Source: Nitrospinota bacterium (lineage in GTDB: Bacteria > UBA8248). From it: a DNA stretch of 21,378 nt. The notes below the pieces were generated by a model, which did not search any database, was not told the DNA's origin, and worked only from the letters and a program-made list of their open reading frames with translations. Below, piece after piece: positions 7,395 through 16,900 of this stretch. The stretch's first letter is position 1. Every line of letters starts with the position of its first letter. The stretch is from the NCBI GenBank assembly GCA_046581755.1, contig JAYGFR010000201.1, positions 1 through 21,378 of the forward strand, in the 5' to 3' direction. Both the position numbers and the translations under genes were made by a program.

Positions 7395-9356
7395 ATGAGC
7401 GATACCGCTCTTCCCCTAGCGGGACGAACCATCTACCTCGATAACATCCCGCGCGAGGAGGCCCTCGCGCGCCTGCTCGAAAAGATGCCGCCGTCGCCCT
7501 TTCTTCCTTTTGAAATAATTCCCGTCCCAAATGCACTTGGGCGCATTACGGCCGAGGCCGTCCACGCGGCCATATCGAGTCCGCATTTTCATGCCGCCGC
7601 CATGGACGGTTTCGCGGTCCGTGCCGAAAACACCTTCGGGGCATCTGTAGTCGAGCCCAGGGCGCTTTTGACCGGCGTGGACGCGTTTCCCGTCGATACG
7701 GGCGATCCACTGCCGGAAGGGACGGACGCGGTGATCATGGTCGAGGTCGTGAACGAGATCGATTCGGAGACGATCGAGATCGAGGCGGCGGTCGTCCCCT
7801 GGAACCATGTCCGCGTTGCGGGAGAGGATGTGGTCCAGGGCGATCTACTGCTTCCGCCGGGCCACCGTCTCCGCCCCTACGATCTCGGCGGCATCCTCGC
7901 CGCCGGCATCACCGAGGTGGCGGTCCGAACGGCTCCCGTCGTGGCCATTATCCCCACGGGGGATGAACTGGTCTCGCCGGGGGCGGACCTCAAGCCGGGC
8001 GATCTGGTCGAATTCAACTCGGTTATCCTTTCGGGGTACATCACCGAATGGGGCGGTGCGCCTTTTGTGTATCCCATCATCGAGGATCGCTTCGAGGCCA
8101 TCGAGGAGGCCGCCCGGGACGCTCTCGAGTGCGCCGACATCGTGCTCGTGAACGCGGGCTCGTCCGCCGGGCGCGAGGATTTCACCTCGGCCGTCGTGAA
8201 AAAGATCGGCGAGCTCCTCGTCCACGGCGTCGCGATCTTTCCGGGGAAGCCGACGATTCTCGGCGTGGGCAAATCCAGCGCCGGCCAGGTGAAGCCCCTG
8301 ATCGGAATTCCCGGATATCCGGTATCGGCGGTGCTCGCCCTTCAGGAGTTCATTCGCCCGCTGATGGCGCACATGGCGGGAGCTCCCACCCATGGGCATT
8401 CCGCCGCCACCGCCGTGATGAGCCGCAAGAGCGCCTCCCGGCTGGGGATGGAGGAGTTCCTCCGGGTCAAGCTTGGCGAGGTCGGCGGGCGCCTGGTCGC
8501 CCTTCCCGCCAAGCGGGGCGCCAGCGTAATCAGCAGCCTCATCGAGGCCGACGGGGTGGTGCGGGTCCCGCCGGGCTCGGAGGGAATCGAGGCTGGCGAG
8601 GAGGTGGGGGTCGAGCTGCTTCGCCCGCTCAGCGAAATCCGGGGCAACATCCTGATGGCGGGAAGCCACGATAATGCGCTGGACCTTCTGGCGAGCCGTG
8701 TGCGGTCGCGGTTCCGTGAGATGAGCCTGTCCACTTCGGCGGTTGGATCGATGGCGGGCCTCATAGCCGTCAAGAACGGGGAGGCCCACCTGGCGGGCAG
8801 CCATCTGCTCGATCCCGAAACGGGCGATTACAACTGGAGCTATATCCGCCGATATCTGAAGGGGCGCGAGGTCGTGGCCGTCAATTTCGTCCAGCGTGAG
8901 CAGGGAATCTTCCTGCCGGCGGGGAATCCCAAGGGGATCGCCTCGCTCGCCGATCTCGCGCGCGGGGACGTCGCCATCGTCAACCGCCAGAACGGGGCGG
9001 GGACCCGGGTGCTTCTGGATCACCTGCTCGCCGAGGCGGGAATATCGCCCGGCGATGTGAACGGGTACGGGAACGTCGAGACGACGCATGTGGCGGTGGC
9101 CATGGCCGTCGCCGGAGGGAGGGCCGACGCCGGGCTCGGCATATTCGCCGCCGCCAGTCTCTTGGGCCTCGAATTCGTATCGCTGGGCTGGGAGCGCTTC
9201 GATTTCATCGTTCCGGCCGAGTATTGGGAGACGCAGGCCATCCAGCGGCTGATCGGGGTTTTGCGCGAGCCCGACTTCGCGGAAAGCGTCGAGGCGCTGG
9301 GTGGATACAAAACGGACCTGACCGGGCAGGTGTTGACACCCCCCGGCGATAAATAA
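7395..9356 (+). CDS. moeA: MoeA paralog fused to a C-terminal periplasmic-binding-protein-like (molybdate/tungstate-binding) domain
   Basis: N-terminal MoeA motifs (AAMDGFAV, TGDEL, AGSSAGRED, PGKP, GIPGYPVS). C-terminal GSHD..LD, GSMAGL, AGSHLLD, NRQNGAGTR and G.AD.GLG are typical of the PBP domain in MoeA-PBP fusions. Confidence 0.92.
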   Translation: MSDTALPLAGRTIYLDNIPREEALARLLEKMPPSPFLPFEIIPVPNALGRITAEAVHAAISSPHFHAAAMDGFAVRAENTFGASVVEPRALLTGVDAFPVDTGDPLPEGTDAVIMVEVVNEIDSETIEIEAAVVPWNHVRVAGEDVVQGDLLLPPGHRLRPYDLGGILAAGITEVAVRTAPVVAIIPTGDELVSPGADLKPGDLVEFNSVILSGYITEWGGAPFVYPIIEDRFEAIEEAARDALECADIVLVNAGSSAGREDFTSAVVKKIGELLVHGVAIFPGKPTILGVGKSSAGQVKPLIGIPGYPVSAVLALQEFIRPLMAHMAGAPTHGHSAATAVMSRKSASRLGMEEFLRVKLGEVGGRLVALPAKRGASVISSLIEADGVVRVPPGSEGIEAGEEVGVELLRPLSEIRGNILMAGSHDNALDLLASRVRSRFREMSLSTSAVGSMAGLIAVKNGEAHLAGSHLLDPETGDYNWSYIRRYLKGREVVAVNFVQREQGIFLPAGNPKGIASLADLARGDVAIVNRQNGAGTRVLLDHLLAEAGISPGDVNGYGNVETTHVAVAMAVAGGRADAGLGIFAAASLLGLEFVSLGWERFDFIVPAEYWETQAIQRLIGVLREPDFAESVEALGGYKTDLTGQVLTPPGDK

Positions 9357-9369
9357 CGGGAGCTATTCG

Positions 9370-10353
9370 ATGCCACTTTACGACAACTATGGCCGGGCGC
9401 ACGACGATCTGCGGATCTCGGTGACGGACCGGTGTAATTTCCGGTGTTTTTACTGCATGCCCGAGGAGGGCATGACCTTTCTTCCGCACGATGAGATTTT
9501 GACCTACGAGGAAATTTTCCGGGTCGTCCGAATCACGACAGAGCTGGGTTTCACGAGCTACCACCTCACGGGGGGTGAGCCTTTGCTGCGGAAGGATCTG
9601 GACGTTCTGATCCGCGGGATGCTCGACATCCAGCCCGGAATGGATCTGGCGCTCACAACGAACGGGGTGTTTCTGCCCCGGATGGCCCAGCGGCTTTTCG
9701 ATGCGGGGCTCCGGCGTATCAATATCAGCCTGGATACGCTCGATGAGACCAAGTTTTTGCTGATGACGCGCCGGAACCAGCTGAGCCAGGTGATGGAAGG
9801 GATCGAGGCGGCCGCGGCCGCGGGATTTAGCCCGATCAAAATCAACGCGGTGGCGCTCAAGAATTTGACCGAAGAGGAGCTTCCCCGGTTTGGCGCCTGG
9901 GCGCGCGAGACGGGCTACATCGTGCGGTTCATCGAATACATGCCGCTCGACGCCGATCAGGCCTGGAATCCCGAAAAAGTGCTCTCCGCCGAAGAAATTC
10001 TCAAGGGCCTCTCAAGCGAGGGCGAACTGGAGCTGGTCTCCGGGAATCCCTCGGACCCGGCCACGCGCTACCGCTACAAGGACGGCCGGGGGGAGATCGG
10101 CGTTATCGCCTCGGTGACACGGCCATTTTGCGAGAGCTGCAACCGGATTCGCCTGACCGCCGAGGGCGAGATCAGGACCTGCCTGTTCTCGACGGTGGAG
10201 CACGACATCAAGGCCCTCCTCCGCGGGGGAGAATCGGACGATGCCATCAAAAGCTGGCTCGCCGGCGTTGTCCGCACCAAAACCCCCGGCCACCTCATCG
10301 GACAAAAAGAATTCGTCCAGCCCAAGCGGACGATGAGCGCCATCGGAGGCTGA
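9370..10353 (+). CDS. moaA: GTP 3',8-cyclase MoaA (radical SAM)
   Basis: LRISVTDRCNFRCFYCMP (CX3CX2C), TGGEPLLR, FCESCNRIRLT...CLF (CX2CX13C) and C-terminal MSAIGG. Confidence 0.97.
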   Translation: MPLYDNYGRAHDDLRISVTDRCNFRCFYCMPEEGMTFLPHDEILTYEEIFRVVRITTELGFTSYHLTGGEPLLRKDLDVLIRGMLDIQPGMDLALTTNGVFLPRMAQRLFDAGLRRINISLDTLDETKFLLMTRRNQLSQVMEGIEAAAAAGFSPIKINAVALKNLTEEELPRFGAWARETGYIVRFIEYMPLDADQAWNPEKVLSAEEILKGLSSEGELELVSGNPSDPATRYRYKDGRGEIGVIASVTRPFCESCNRIRLTAEGEIRTCLFSTVEHDIKALLRGGESDDAIKSWLAGVVRTKTPGHLIGQKEFVQPKRTMSAIGG

Positions 10354-10548
10354 CGCTGGGGTCTATCCAACCTGCCCCCCCCCACTGGGCCCCCCCGAGG
10401 CGCATGGCCGGTCGGCAGGAATAACCTTTAGCCCACCGCCTCAGGATTCCGATCCCGTTTATTAGTGGCTCCAAGTGCGAAATTGTGCGGATATTGGAAC
10501 CTCGCGCGTCTATTCATTACCAAGAGATCATTCCGGATGCTTGTTTCC

Positions 10549-10629
10549 ATTGAATAAAGATGATTCAATCTCCGAATCATTTGTGTCGATAAATTGGGAA
10601 TACTCGGGAAATCCGCTTTCGGGTATAAT
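10549..10629 (+). promoter_or_regulatory. putative RND operon control region: two overlapping 7-7-7 palindromes and a TATAAT box
   Basis: ATTGAAT-N7-ATTCAAT (10549-10569), ATGATTC-N7-GAATCAT (10560-10580) and TATAAT (10624-10629) in a locally AT-rich spacer. Confidence 0.4.
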
Positions 10630-10690
10630 CTGTTGTGCCGCTGAGATAATGATCAGCCCTATGCGAAATCCGATGTCGTCCATAACAAGG

Positions 10691-12223
10691 ATGTACGGTC
10701 GGCCTGGGGCTTGGGTTCGTTCCAGGGTGTTTTTGCGCTGTTTTTCTGTTTTTTTCCTCCTCCTTTACGTCCTCCTGCAGCTTTCCCCCCCCGCCGAGGC
10801 CCGCCGCCATCGCCGGCGCCGCAGGGCGGTTCTGCCAGTCCAGATGCAGAAAGCCGCCGTGGGCCGGATCGGCCGGGGCGTCACCGCGACCGGAACCCTT
10901 TATCCAATGAGCGAAGTGAAGCTCATGTCCCGGGCCGAAGGCCAGGTGGAGGGGGTGGAGGTTCGCGAGGGAGACCGCCTGCTCAAAGGCCAGGTTCTCG
11001 CTACGCTCGATTCCACGATTCACCGAATTCAGCTTGCGCTGGCCGAAAGCCAGCTGGCCGCCGTGCGCGCCCGCCTCAAGAAGCTCAAGGCCGGATACCG
11101 TCCCCAGGAGATCGCCGCCGCCGCCGCCGGCGTCGCTCAGACCCGCGCATCGCTCAAGCGGTCCGAGGCCGAACTCGCTTCCGCCGAGGCCCGCCTGCAA
11201 GAGGCCGAAGCCAACTCCAGGGCGCTGGAATCCATGTTCAAGCGCGGGGTGATCAGCCGCCAGGAATGGCTCAAGGTCTCCACGGCGGCCCTTCGCGCCC
11301 GCGCCGATATCGCTGAGCGGAAAGCCCGTCTCGCCGAGGACGAGGCGCGCATCAATGTCGCCGAGGAGGGGTTGAAGCTGAAGCGCCTGGGAAGCCGCGT
11401 AGAGGATATCGAAGCCGCCCGGGCGGAGGAGCAGCAGGCCCTTCACAGGGTGCGCCTCCTTTGGACGCAGCTCGAATATTTCGAAATTCTGTCCCCGATA
11501 TCGGGCATCGTCATCGAGCGGAAAGTGGAGCCGGGCGATCTGGCGGTGAACCGCGCCCATTTGTTTACGCTGGCCCAGGTACGCAAACTGCGCGTCCGAA
11601 TCCGGGTGAGCGAGCTGGATCTTCCCCGGCTGCGAAAGGGGCAAAATGCCCGGATCGAGCTCGACGCCTACCGTGGGCGGAAATTTCGCGGAAAACTGAC
11701 GCGGATTTTCCCCAACGTCGATCCCCGGTCGCGTCAGGTCATTGTCGAGGTGGAACTGGACAACGCCGATCTTTCTCTTCGGCCGGGACTGCTCGCCCGC
11801 GTGAAGTTCGAGGCGAGGATGGGCCGGGAGGTGATCAACCTTCCGGTGCACGCCGTCGTGTGGGACGGCGATCAAAACAGCAAATGGGGTCATATTTTCG
11901 TTGTCAAGAAAATAGCCCGCCGGGAAAAAGGAAAAAAAGATGGGTCCGCCGAACGCAACGGCCGCCCCCGGAACAACGGGCGGCGCGTTCGGAAAGCGGG
12001 CACGGCCGAGGCGAAAGAATCCGCCCGGAGAGGCCCGCGCCGGCGCGGGAGGGGCCGGGGACGGGGGCCGAAGTTTGTCGCCGTCAAGCGATTGGTTCAA
12101 CTGGGAGAAATGGTTGACGGGCGGATCGAGATTCTGAAGGGTCTCAAGGTAGGCGAGAAAGTCATCGTCAGCGCGACGGGCCAGCTCAGGGACGGAAAGC
12201 CCATCCGGATCGTCGGACCCTAA
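10691..12223 (+). CDS. RND efflux periplasmic adaptor (membrane fusion protein); start uncertain
   Basis: Hydrophobic signal or anchor ending AEA. Lipoyl halves G.VE.V.VREGD.L.KGQVLA.LD and I.SPISGIV..R.VEPG, a long coiled coil, FP.VDP.SR and LRPG. The ORF-track start at 10475 lies in AT-rich non-coding-like DNA; 10661 and 10727 are alternative starts. Confidence 0.88.
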   Translation: MYGRPGAWVRSRVFLRCFSVFFLLLYVLLQLSPPAEARRHRRRRRAVLPVQMQKAAVGRIGRGVTATGTLYPMSEVKLMSRAEGQVEGVEVREGDRLLKGQVLATLDSTIHRIQLALAESQLAAVRARLKKLKAGYRPQEIAAAAAGVAQTRASLKRSEAELASAEARLQEAEANSRALESMFKRGVISRQEWLKVSTAALRARADIAERKARLAEDEARINVAEEGLKLKRLGSRVEDIEAARAEEQQALHRVRLLWTQLEYFEILSPISGIVIERKVEPGDLAVNRAHLFTLAQVRKLRVRIRVSELDLPRLRKGQNARIELDAYRGRKFRGKLTRIFPNVDPRSRQVIVEVELDNADLSLRPGLLARVKFEARMGREVINLPVHAVVWDGDQNSKWGHIFVVKKIARREKGKKDGSAERNGRPRNNGRRVRKAGTAEAKESARRGPRRRGRGRGRGPKFVAVKRLVQLGEMVDGRIEILKGLKVGEKVIVSATGQLRDGKPIRIVGP

Positions 12224-12235
12224 AAAGAGAATTTC

Positions 12236-15200
12236 ATGTCTCTCAGCCGTTTGTGTATCAGCAGACCGGTCGGAACCATCATGGGCGTGGTCTGTGCCCT
12301 GGTTCTGGGCCTGTTTGCGCTGACGCGCCTTCCGGTGGATTTCCTTCCCCGAATCATATATCCGCGGATATTCATCGGAATCGACTTTGAGGGCGCCGAT
12401 GCCAAGGTGGTCGAGGAGCAGGTAACCAAGGTCGTCGAGCGCGAACTCGCCACCACCCAGGGACTCGTCCGGATAATATCACGCAGCCGCGAGGGCGCCG
12501 CCCGGATTTGGATGTTCTTCGACTTTAAACGCAACATCGATCTGGCCCTCCAGGACGCCATCCAGAAATTCAACGTGGCGCGGCGCAACCTGCCCGACGA
12601 GATTCAGGCCGAGCTTCAAAATACCCGCATATTTAAATCGGATCCGGCCCAGGTCCCCATCATCGAATTCGCGCTATCCTCGAAAACCCTGCGCGGCCCG
12701 AAACTGCAAACCTGGGCCAGGAAGGTGCTCATTCCGCAACTCATGATCGTCCCCGGCATCGCCTCGGTGGAGGCTTTTGGCGGCCAGGGCGAGGAAATCC
12801 AGGTGTTGGTGGACTTTCTCCGGATGCAGGGACTCGGCCTGAATCTTCCCGCCGTTCTCCGGCGGATTCGCTCGGAGAACATGGACATGTCGGCCGGCCG
12901 CGTGAAGACGGCCGACCGGGAATACTCCAGCCGGACCGCGGGAAAGCTCCGAAACAAGGAAGAACTCCGGAACCTGATTTTTCCGACCCAGGACGGCCGC
13001 CTGGTATCCCTTCGGGATTTTGCCAAAGTGGAGGAACGGGGAAGGGAGCGGCGAATATTCGTGTGGCTCAATGGCGAGGAAAGCATCAAGGTCGTGGCCC
13101 TCAAGCAGCCGGATTCGAACACCATCACCGTTGTGGACGGTTTGAAGGCCCGGATGAATTTTCTCCAGCGCTACGGCATTATCCCGAAGGATATTTCGCT
13201 CATCCCGATTTCCGATCAGAGTTTTTTCATTCGCTCCTCGATTCGAAATGTCCTTGCCTCCGCGTTCGTGGGCGGGCTGCTGGCGGTGACGGTGGTCATC
13301 CTGTTTCTCGGGAGCCTCCGCCGGACGTTCATCATCGGCCTGGCGATTCCCGTCGCCTCGATATTCACGTTTTTCCTCATGTGGATGGGCGGGTTCACCC
13401 TCAACATTTTCAGCCTCGGCGGGGTGGCGCTCGGGTCGGCATGCTTGTCGATAATGCCATCGTCATGCTCGAGAACATCTCCCGCCACCAGGACAAGGGA
13501 GAGAATCCGGTCGAGTCGGCCGTGGCCGCCGCGAAAGAGGTCGAGAGCGCCATGGTGGCCTCCACGATGACCAACGTAGCGGCGGTGCTGCCCTTCCTGC
13601 TCGTCTCCGGATACGTCGCGCTATTGTTTCGCGAGTTGATCGTTACGATCACGTTCGCGTTTTTATGCAGCCTTTTTGTCGGCCTCACGGTCGTGCCCAT
13701 GCTCTCGGCGCGGATGCTCCAGTTGCCGATGACGAGCGGCATTGGGCGCTTTCCGCTTTTCCGGTTCTCCGGCTGGCTCGTGGAGCGCGCGAGCGCGGCC
13801 TACAGGTTCATCCTGGGGCCGGCTTTGCGGGTGGGGTGGCTGGTAATCGTCCTCGCGCTCGGGCTTTGTTCGAGCGCCTACTTCCTGATTGACCAGCTGG
13901 GGAACGAGTTGATTCCCCAAGTGGACGATGGGCGCGTTACGGTGGGCATCCGCTTCTCGCCGGGAGGAAAGCTTGAATACACAAAAAAAGTGACCCTGAG
14001 AATCCACGACATGCTGCTGGCGGACCCGGAGGTGGACAAGGTGTTCGCCACCGCCGGAGGCATGCTGTACGGCAGGAACTTTTCGGCCTCGGCCTCGCGG
14101 GCGCGCATCGCCGTGAATCTGAAACAGGGGGTCGGCGTTTTCGACTATTTGAAAAAGCTTCGGCCCAGGCTGGCCCGCCTCGAATATCCCGACGCCCGGA
14201 TATTCGCTTACAAGAGCCGCGTGCGGGGGCTGCGCACATCGAACAATCGGCACAACAGGAGCTTTTCGCTCGGAGTACGGGGCGAGGACTTGACCGTCAT
14301 TAACCGCCTCGCCGAGGAATTGGTGGACCGCCTCCAGGGGATTCCCGGCCTCAACAACGTGCAGGTGAACGAGGATCGCCCACGGCCGGAGTTTCGTGTA
14401 GAAATCAACCGGCAGCGGGCGGCCGAGTTGGGCCTCTCGGTTGAAGACGTGGGCGACACCGTGAGCACGGCCATCGACGGGTCGGTCGCCACCTATCTGA
14501 ACCGCCTCGACCGGCGGGTGCCCGTCCGCGTGAAGCTGGCCGATACGGAAATCCGGAGCGAGCAGGATCTGGAAAATCTCCCCCTCTTTCCCCCGGGCCG
14601 CGAACCCACGCGGCTGGGCCACGTCGCCCGTGTGCGCTACGGGACGGGCAGCTCGACCATCGCGCGAATGGACCAGTACCGGATTGTCCAGGTCACGGGG
14701 GATATCCAGGACCGGTCCATAGGGGAAGTCGGCCAGGATGTGCGCGCCCGGATCGCCGGTATGGAGATTCCGCGCGGCTACTTTATTCTTCCGGGCGACG
14801 ATGAAGAGAATCTGAGAAAATCGAACCGCGAGCTGTTGATTCTCGCCTTGTTGTCCATTTTCTTGGTGTATGTCGTGATGGCGATCCAATACGATTCGCT
14901 GGTCAATCCATTCGTTATTATCTTCGCGGTGCCGCCCGCGCTGTCGGGAGCACTGTTCGGGCTCTACCTCACGGGCACGCCTTTTGGCTCGACTGTTTTG
15001 ATTGGGGTGATTCTCCTGGTGGGGATCGTTGTGAACAACTCTATCGTGATGGTGGACTACATCGAGCGGCTGCGCGGGGAGGGCATGGAGCTGCGCGAGG
15101 CGATCATCGCCGGCGCATCGGTTCGGCTCCGTCCCATTCTCATGACCACGCTCACCACCGTGTTCGCGCTTATCCCGCTGGCGCTGGGGTGGGGACAGGG

Positions 15201-15369
15201 CTCCGAAATGCTCCAGCCGCTGGGGATCGTCGTTTTGAGTGGCCTCTCGCTCTCGACCTTGCTCACCCTCTTCCTGGTTCCCTGCATCTACTATTTGGCC
15301 CAAAAAGGCGTCGCCCGCCTCCGCTCTTGGGTGGGTTTGGCCCCGAGAGAATTTTCCCCCTCGCGTTAG
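12236..15369 (+). CDS. RND efflux permease (AcrB/AcrD/AcrF family), split by a 1-nt frameshift at about 13433-13435
   Basis: N-terminal ISRPV...LPVDFLP. Adding one G restores TM4 as LG-VGMLVDNAIVMLENI. C-terminal GIVVNNSIVMVD, RLRPILMTTLTT, L.PLALG, LTLFLVP. About 1044 aa when joined. Confidence 0.92.
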
Positions 15370-15467
15370 GCGGCCCCACCCTCCTGTTTCATATGGCTGG
15401 CATCTCCCGGTAAAGCCAAGTAAGATTTCCCCGATATTTCGCCCCGCCATTTTCGCATGGAGAAACG

Positions 15468-16226
15468 ATGGCGAGCAGAGCCAGAAAAAAAGACGGTTCC
15501 GGCATCGGTCCCCTGATTCGCTCGGATGGGCGCATGCCCGATGAGTGCCGGGAGGTGAAGGCCCACCTCAACTATATTCAGACGGCTCCGGGGAGTTGTC
15601 TTTTCGAGATGGGCAACACCCGGGTTCTTTGCACGGCGACGACCGAAGACCAGGTGCCGCCCCACAAGAGGGGAACGGGCGAGGGTTGGGTCACGGCCGA
15701 GTATTCCATGCTGCCGGGCAGCGGCACCTCCCGCGTTCCCCGATCGCGGTCGAGGAGCGGCCGGACGCTCGAAATTCAGCGCCTCATCGGGCGCTCGATG
15801 CGCGCCGTTGTGGACCTGTCCCTGCTCGGGGAGCGGACGATGTATATCGATTGCGATGTGCTCCAGGCGGACGGGGGAACGAGGTGCGCCTCGATCACGG
15901 GGGGGTTTCTGGCGCTTTCCTTGGCGGTGGATACGTTGATGAAAACGGGGGGACTCAAAAAAAACCCGTTGATAGGTTCCGTCGCGGCGGTAAGCGTCGG
16001 CATCATTGGAATCACGCCCATCCTCGATCTGGATTACGGCGAGGATGTCGAGGCCGAGGTGGACATGAACGTCGTCATGACGGAGCAGGGCCGGTTTGTC
16101 GAGATCCAGGGGACGGCCGAGGGGGAGCCTTTCGATAAATCCGACATGAACCGTCTGATCGATTTGGCGGAAATCGGGATCCACCAGCTTCTGGACATAC
16201 AGGCGCGCCATCTGGACGCAGCCTGA
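15468..16226 (+). CDS. rph: ribonuclease PH
   Basis: Motifs R.DGR, GNTRVLC, GWVTAEYSMLP, GRTLEIQRLIGRS, DCDVLQADGGTRCASITG, LDLDY.ED..A.VDMNVVM, EIQGTAEG. Confidence 0.97.
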   Translation: MASRARKKDGSGIGPLIRSDGRMPDECREVKAHLNYIQTAPGSCLFEMGNTRVLCTATTEDQVPPHKRGTGEGWVTAEYSMLPGSGTSRVPRSRSRSGRTLEIQRLIGRSMRAVVDLSLLGERTMYIDCDVLQADGGTRCASITGGFLALSLAVDTLMKTGGLKKNPLIGSVAAVSVGIIGITPILDLDYGEDVEAEVDMNVVMTEQGRFVEIQGTAEGEPFDKSDMNRLIDLAEIGIHQLLDIQARHLDAA

Positions 16227-16240
16227 GGCCCCGCCACAGC

Positions 16241-16855
16241 TTGAAAATCATTTTTGCCACTCGAAACCCGGGGAAGGTCCGAGAGCTGAAAATGGCGCTC
16301 GAGGGCCTTCCGGTCTCCGCGCTCTCCCAGGACGAAGCGGGCATCGATATCCATGTCGCCGAGGACGGCGCCACCTACGCCGAAAACGCGCTGCTGAAAG
16401 CCGAGGCGGTGTCCCGGGCGGCGGGGCTACCCGCGCTGGCGGACGATTCGGGCATCGAGGTGGACGCGCTTCCCGAGGAACTCGGCGTCCATTCGGCCCG
16501 GTTCGGCGGAGAAGGGCTGGGCGAGGGGGGGCGCAACCGCCTGCTCCTGGAGCGGCTCAAGGATGTGGAAGAGAGCCGGCGCGGGGGACGGTATGTTTGT
16601 GTCCTTGTTTTTTGCCGGCCTGGCAAGGAGCCGGTTTATTTCGAGGGGGAGATGAGAGGGAAAATCCTGAGGTCGCCGCGCGGCGAGGGGGGATTCGGCT
16701 ACGATCCGCTCATGTATCTTCCCTCGAATGGCTGCACCGTTGCCGAACTCAGCCTGGAGAGCAAAAACCGGGTCAGCCACAGGGGCCGGGCGCTGAGCGC
16801 CTTCCGCGGTTGGCTCGCCGGGGAACTTGGCGTGGGGGATGTTCGGGATTCATGA
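16241..16855 (+). CDS. rdgB: non-canonical purine NTP pyrophosphatase (RdgB/HAM1)
   Basis: Motifs ATRNPGKVRE, ENALLKA, LADDSGIEVDAL, GVHSAR, GFGYDP, KNRVSHRGRAL. Conserved rph-rdgB gene order. Confidence 0.96.
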   Translation: MKIIFATRNPGKVRELKMALEGLPVSALSQDEAGIDIHVAEDGATYAENALLKAEAVSRAAGLPALADDSGIEVDALPEELGVHSARFGGEGLGEGGRNRLLLERLKDVEESRRGGRYVCVLVFCRPGKEPVYFEGEMRGKILRSPRGEGGFGYDPLMYLPSNGCTVAELSLESKNRVSHRGRALSAFRGWLAGELGVGDVRDS

Positions 16856-16900
16856 TTCAGGCGCCATTATTTTTTTGATCCATGTTGGAGGGAGTCATCG

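Noticed and set aside
13425..13445. Programmed frameshift or naturally split RND permease
   Set aside because: There is no slippery heptamer, the break falls inside conserved TM4, and one added G restores the canonical sequence.
593..15450. Long minus-strand ORFs (593-1822, 3989-5431, 7845-9089, 10577-12100, 13663-15450 and others)
   Set aside because: They are antisense shadows of well-supported + strand genes in high-GC DNA and carry no recognisable motifs.
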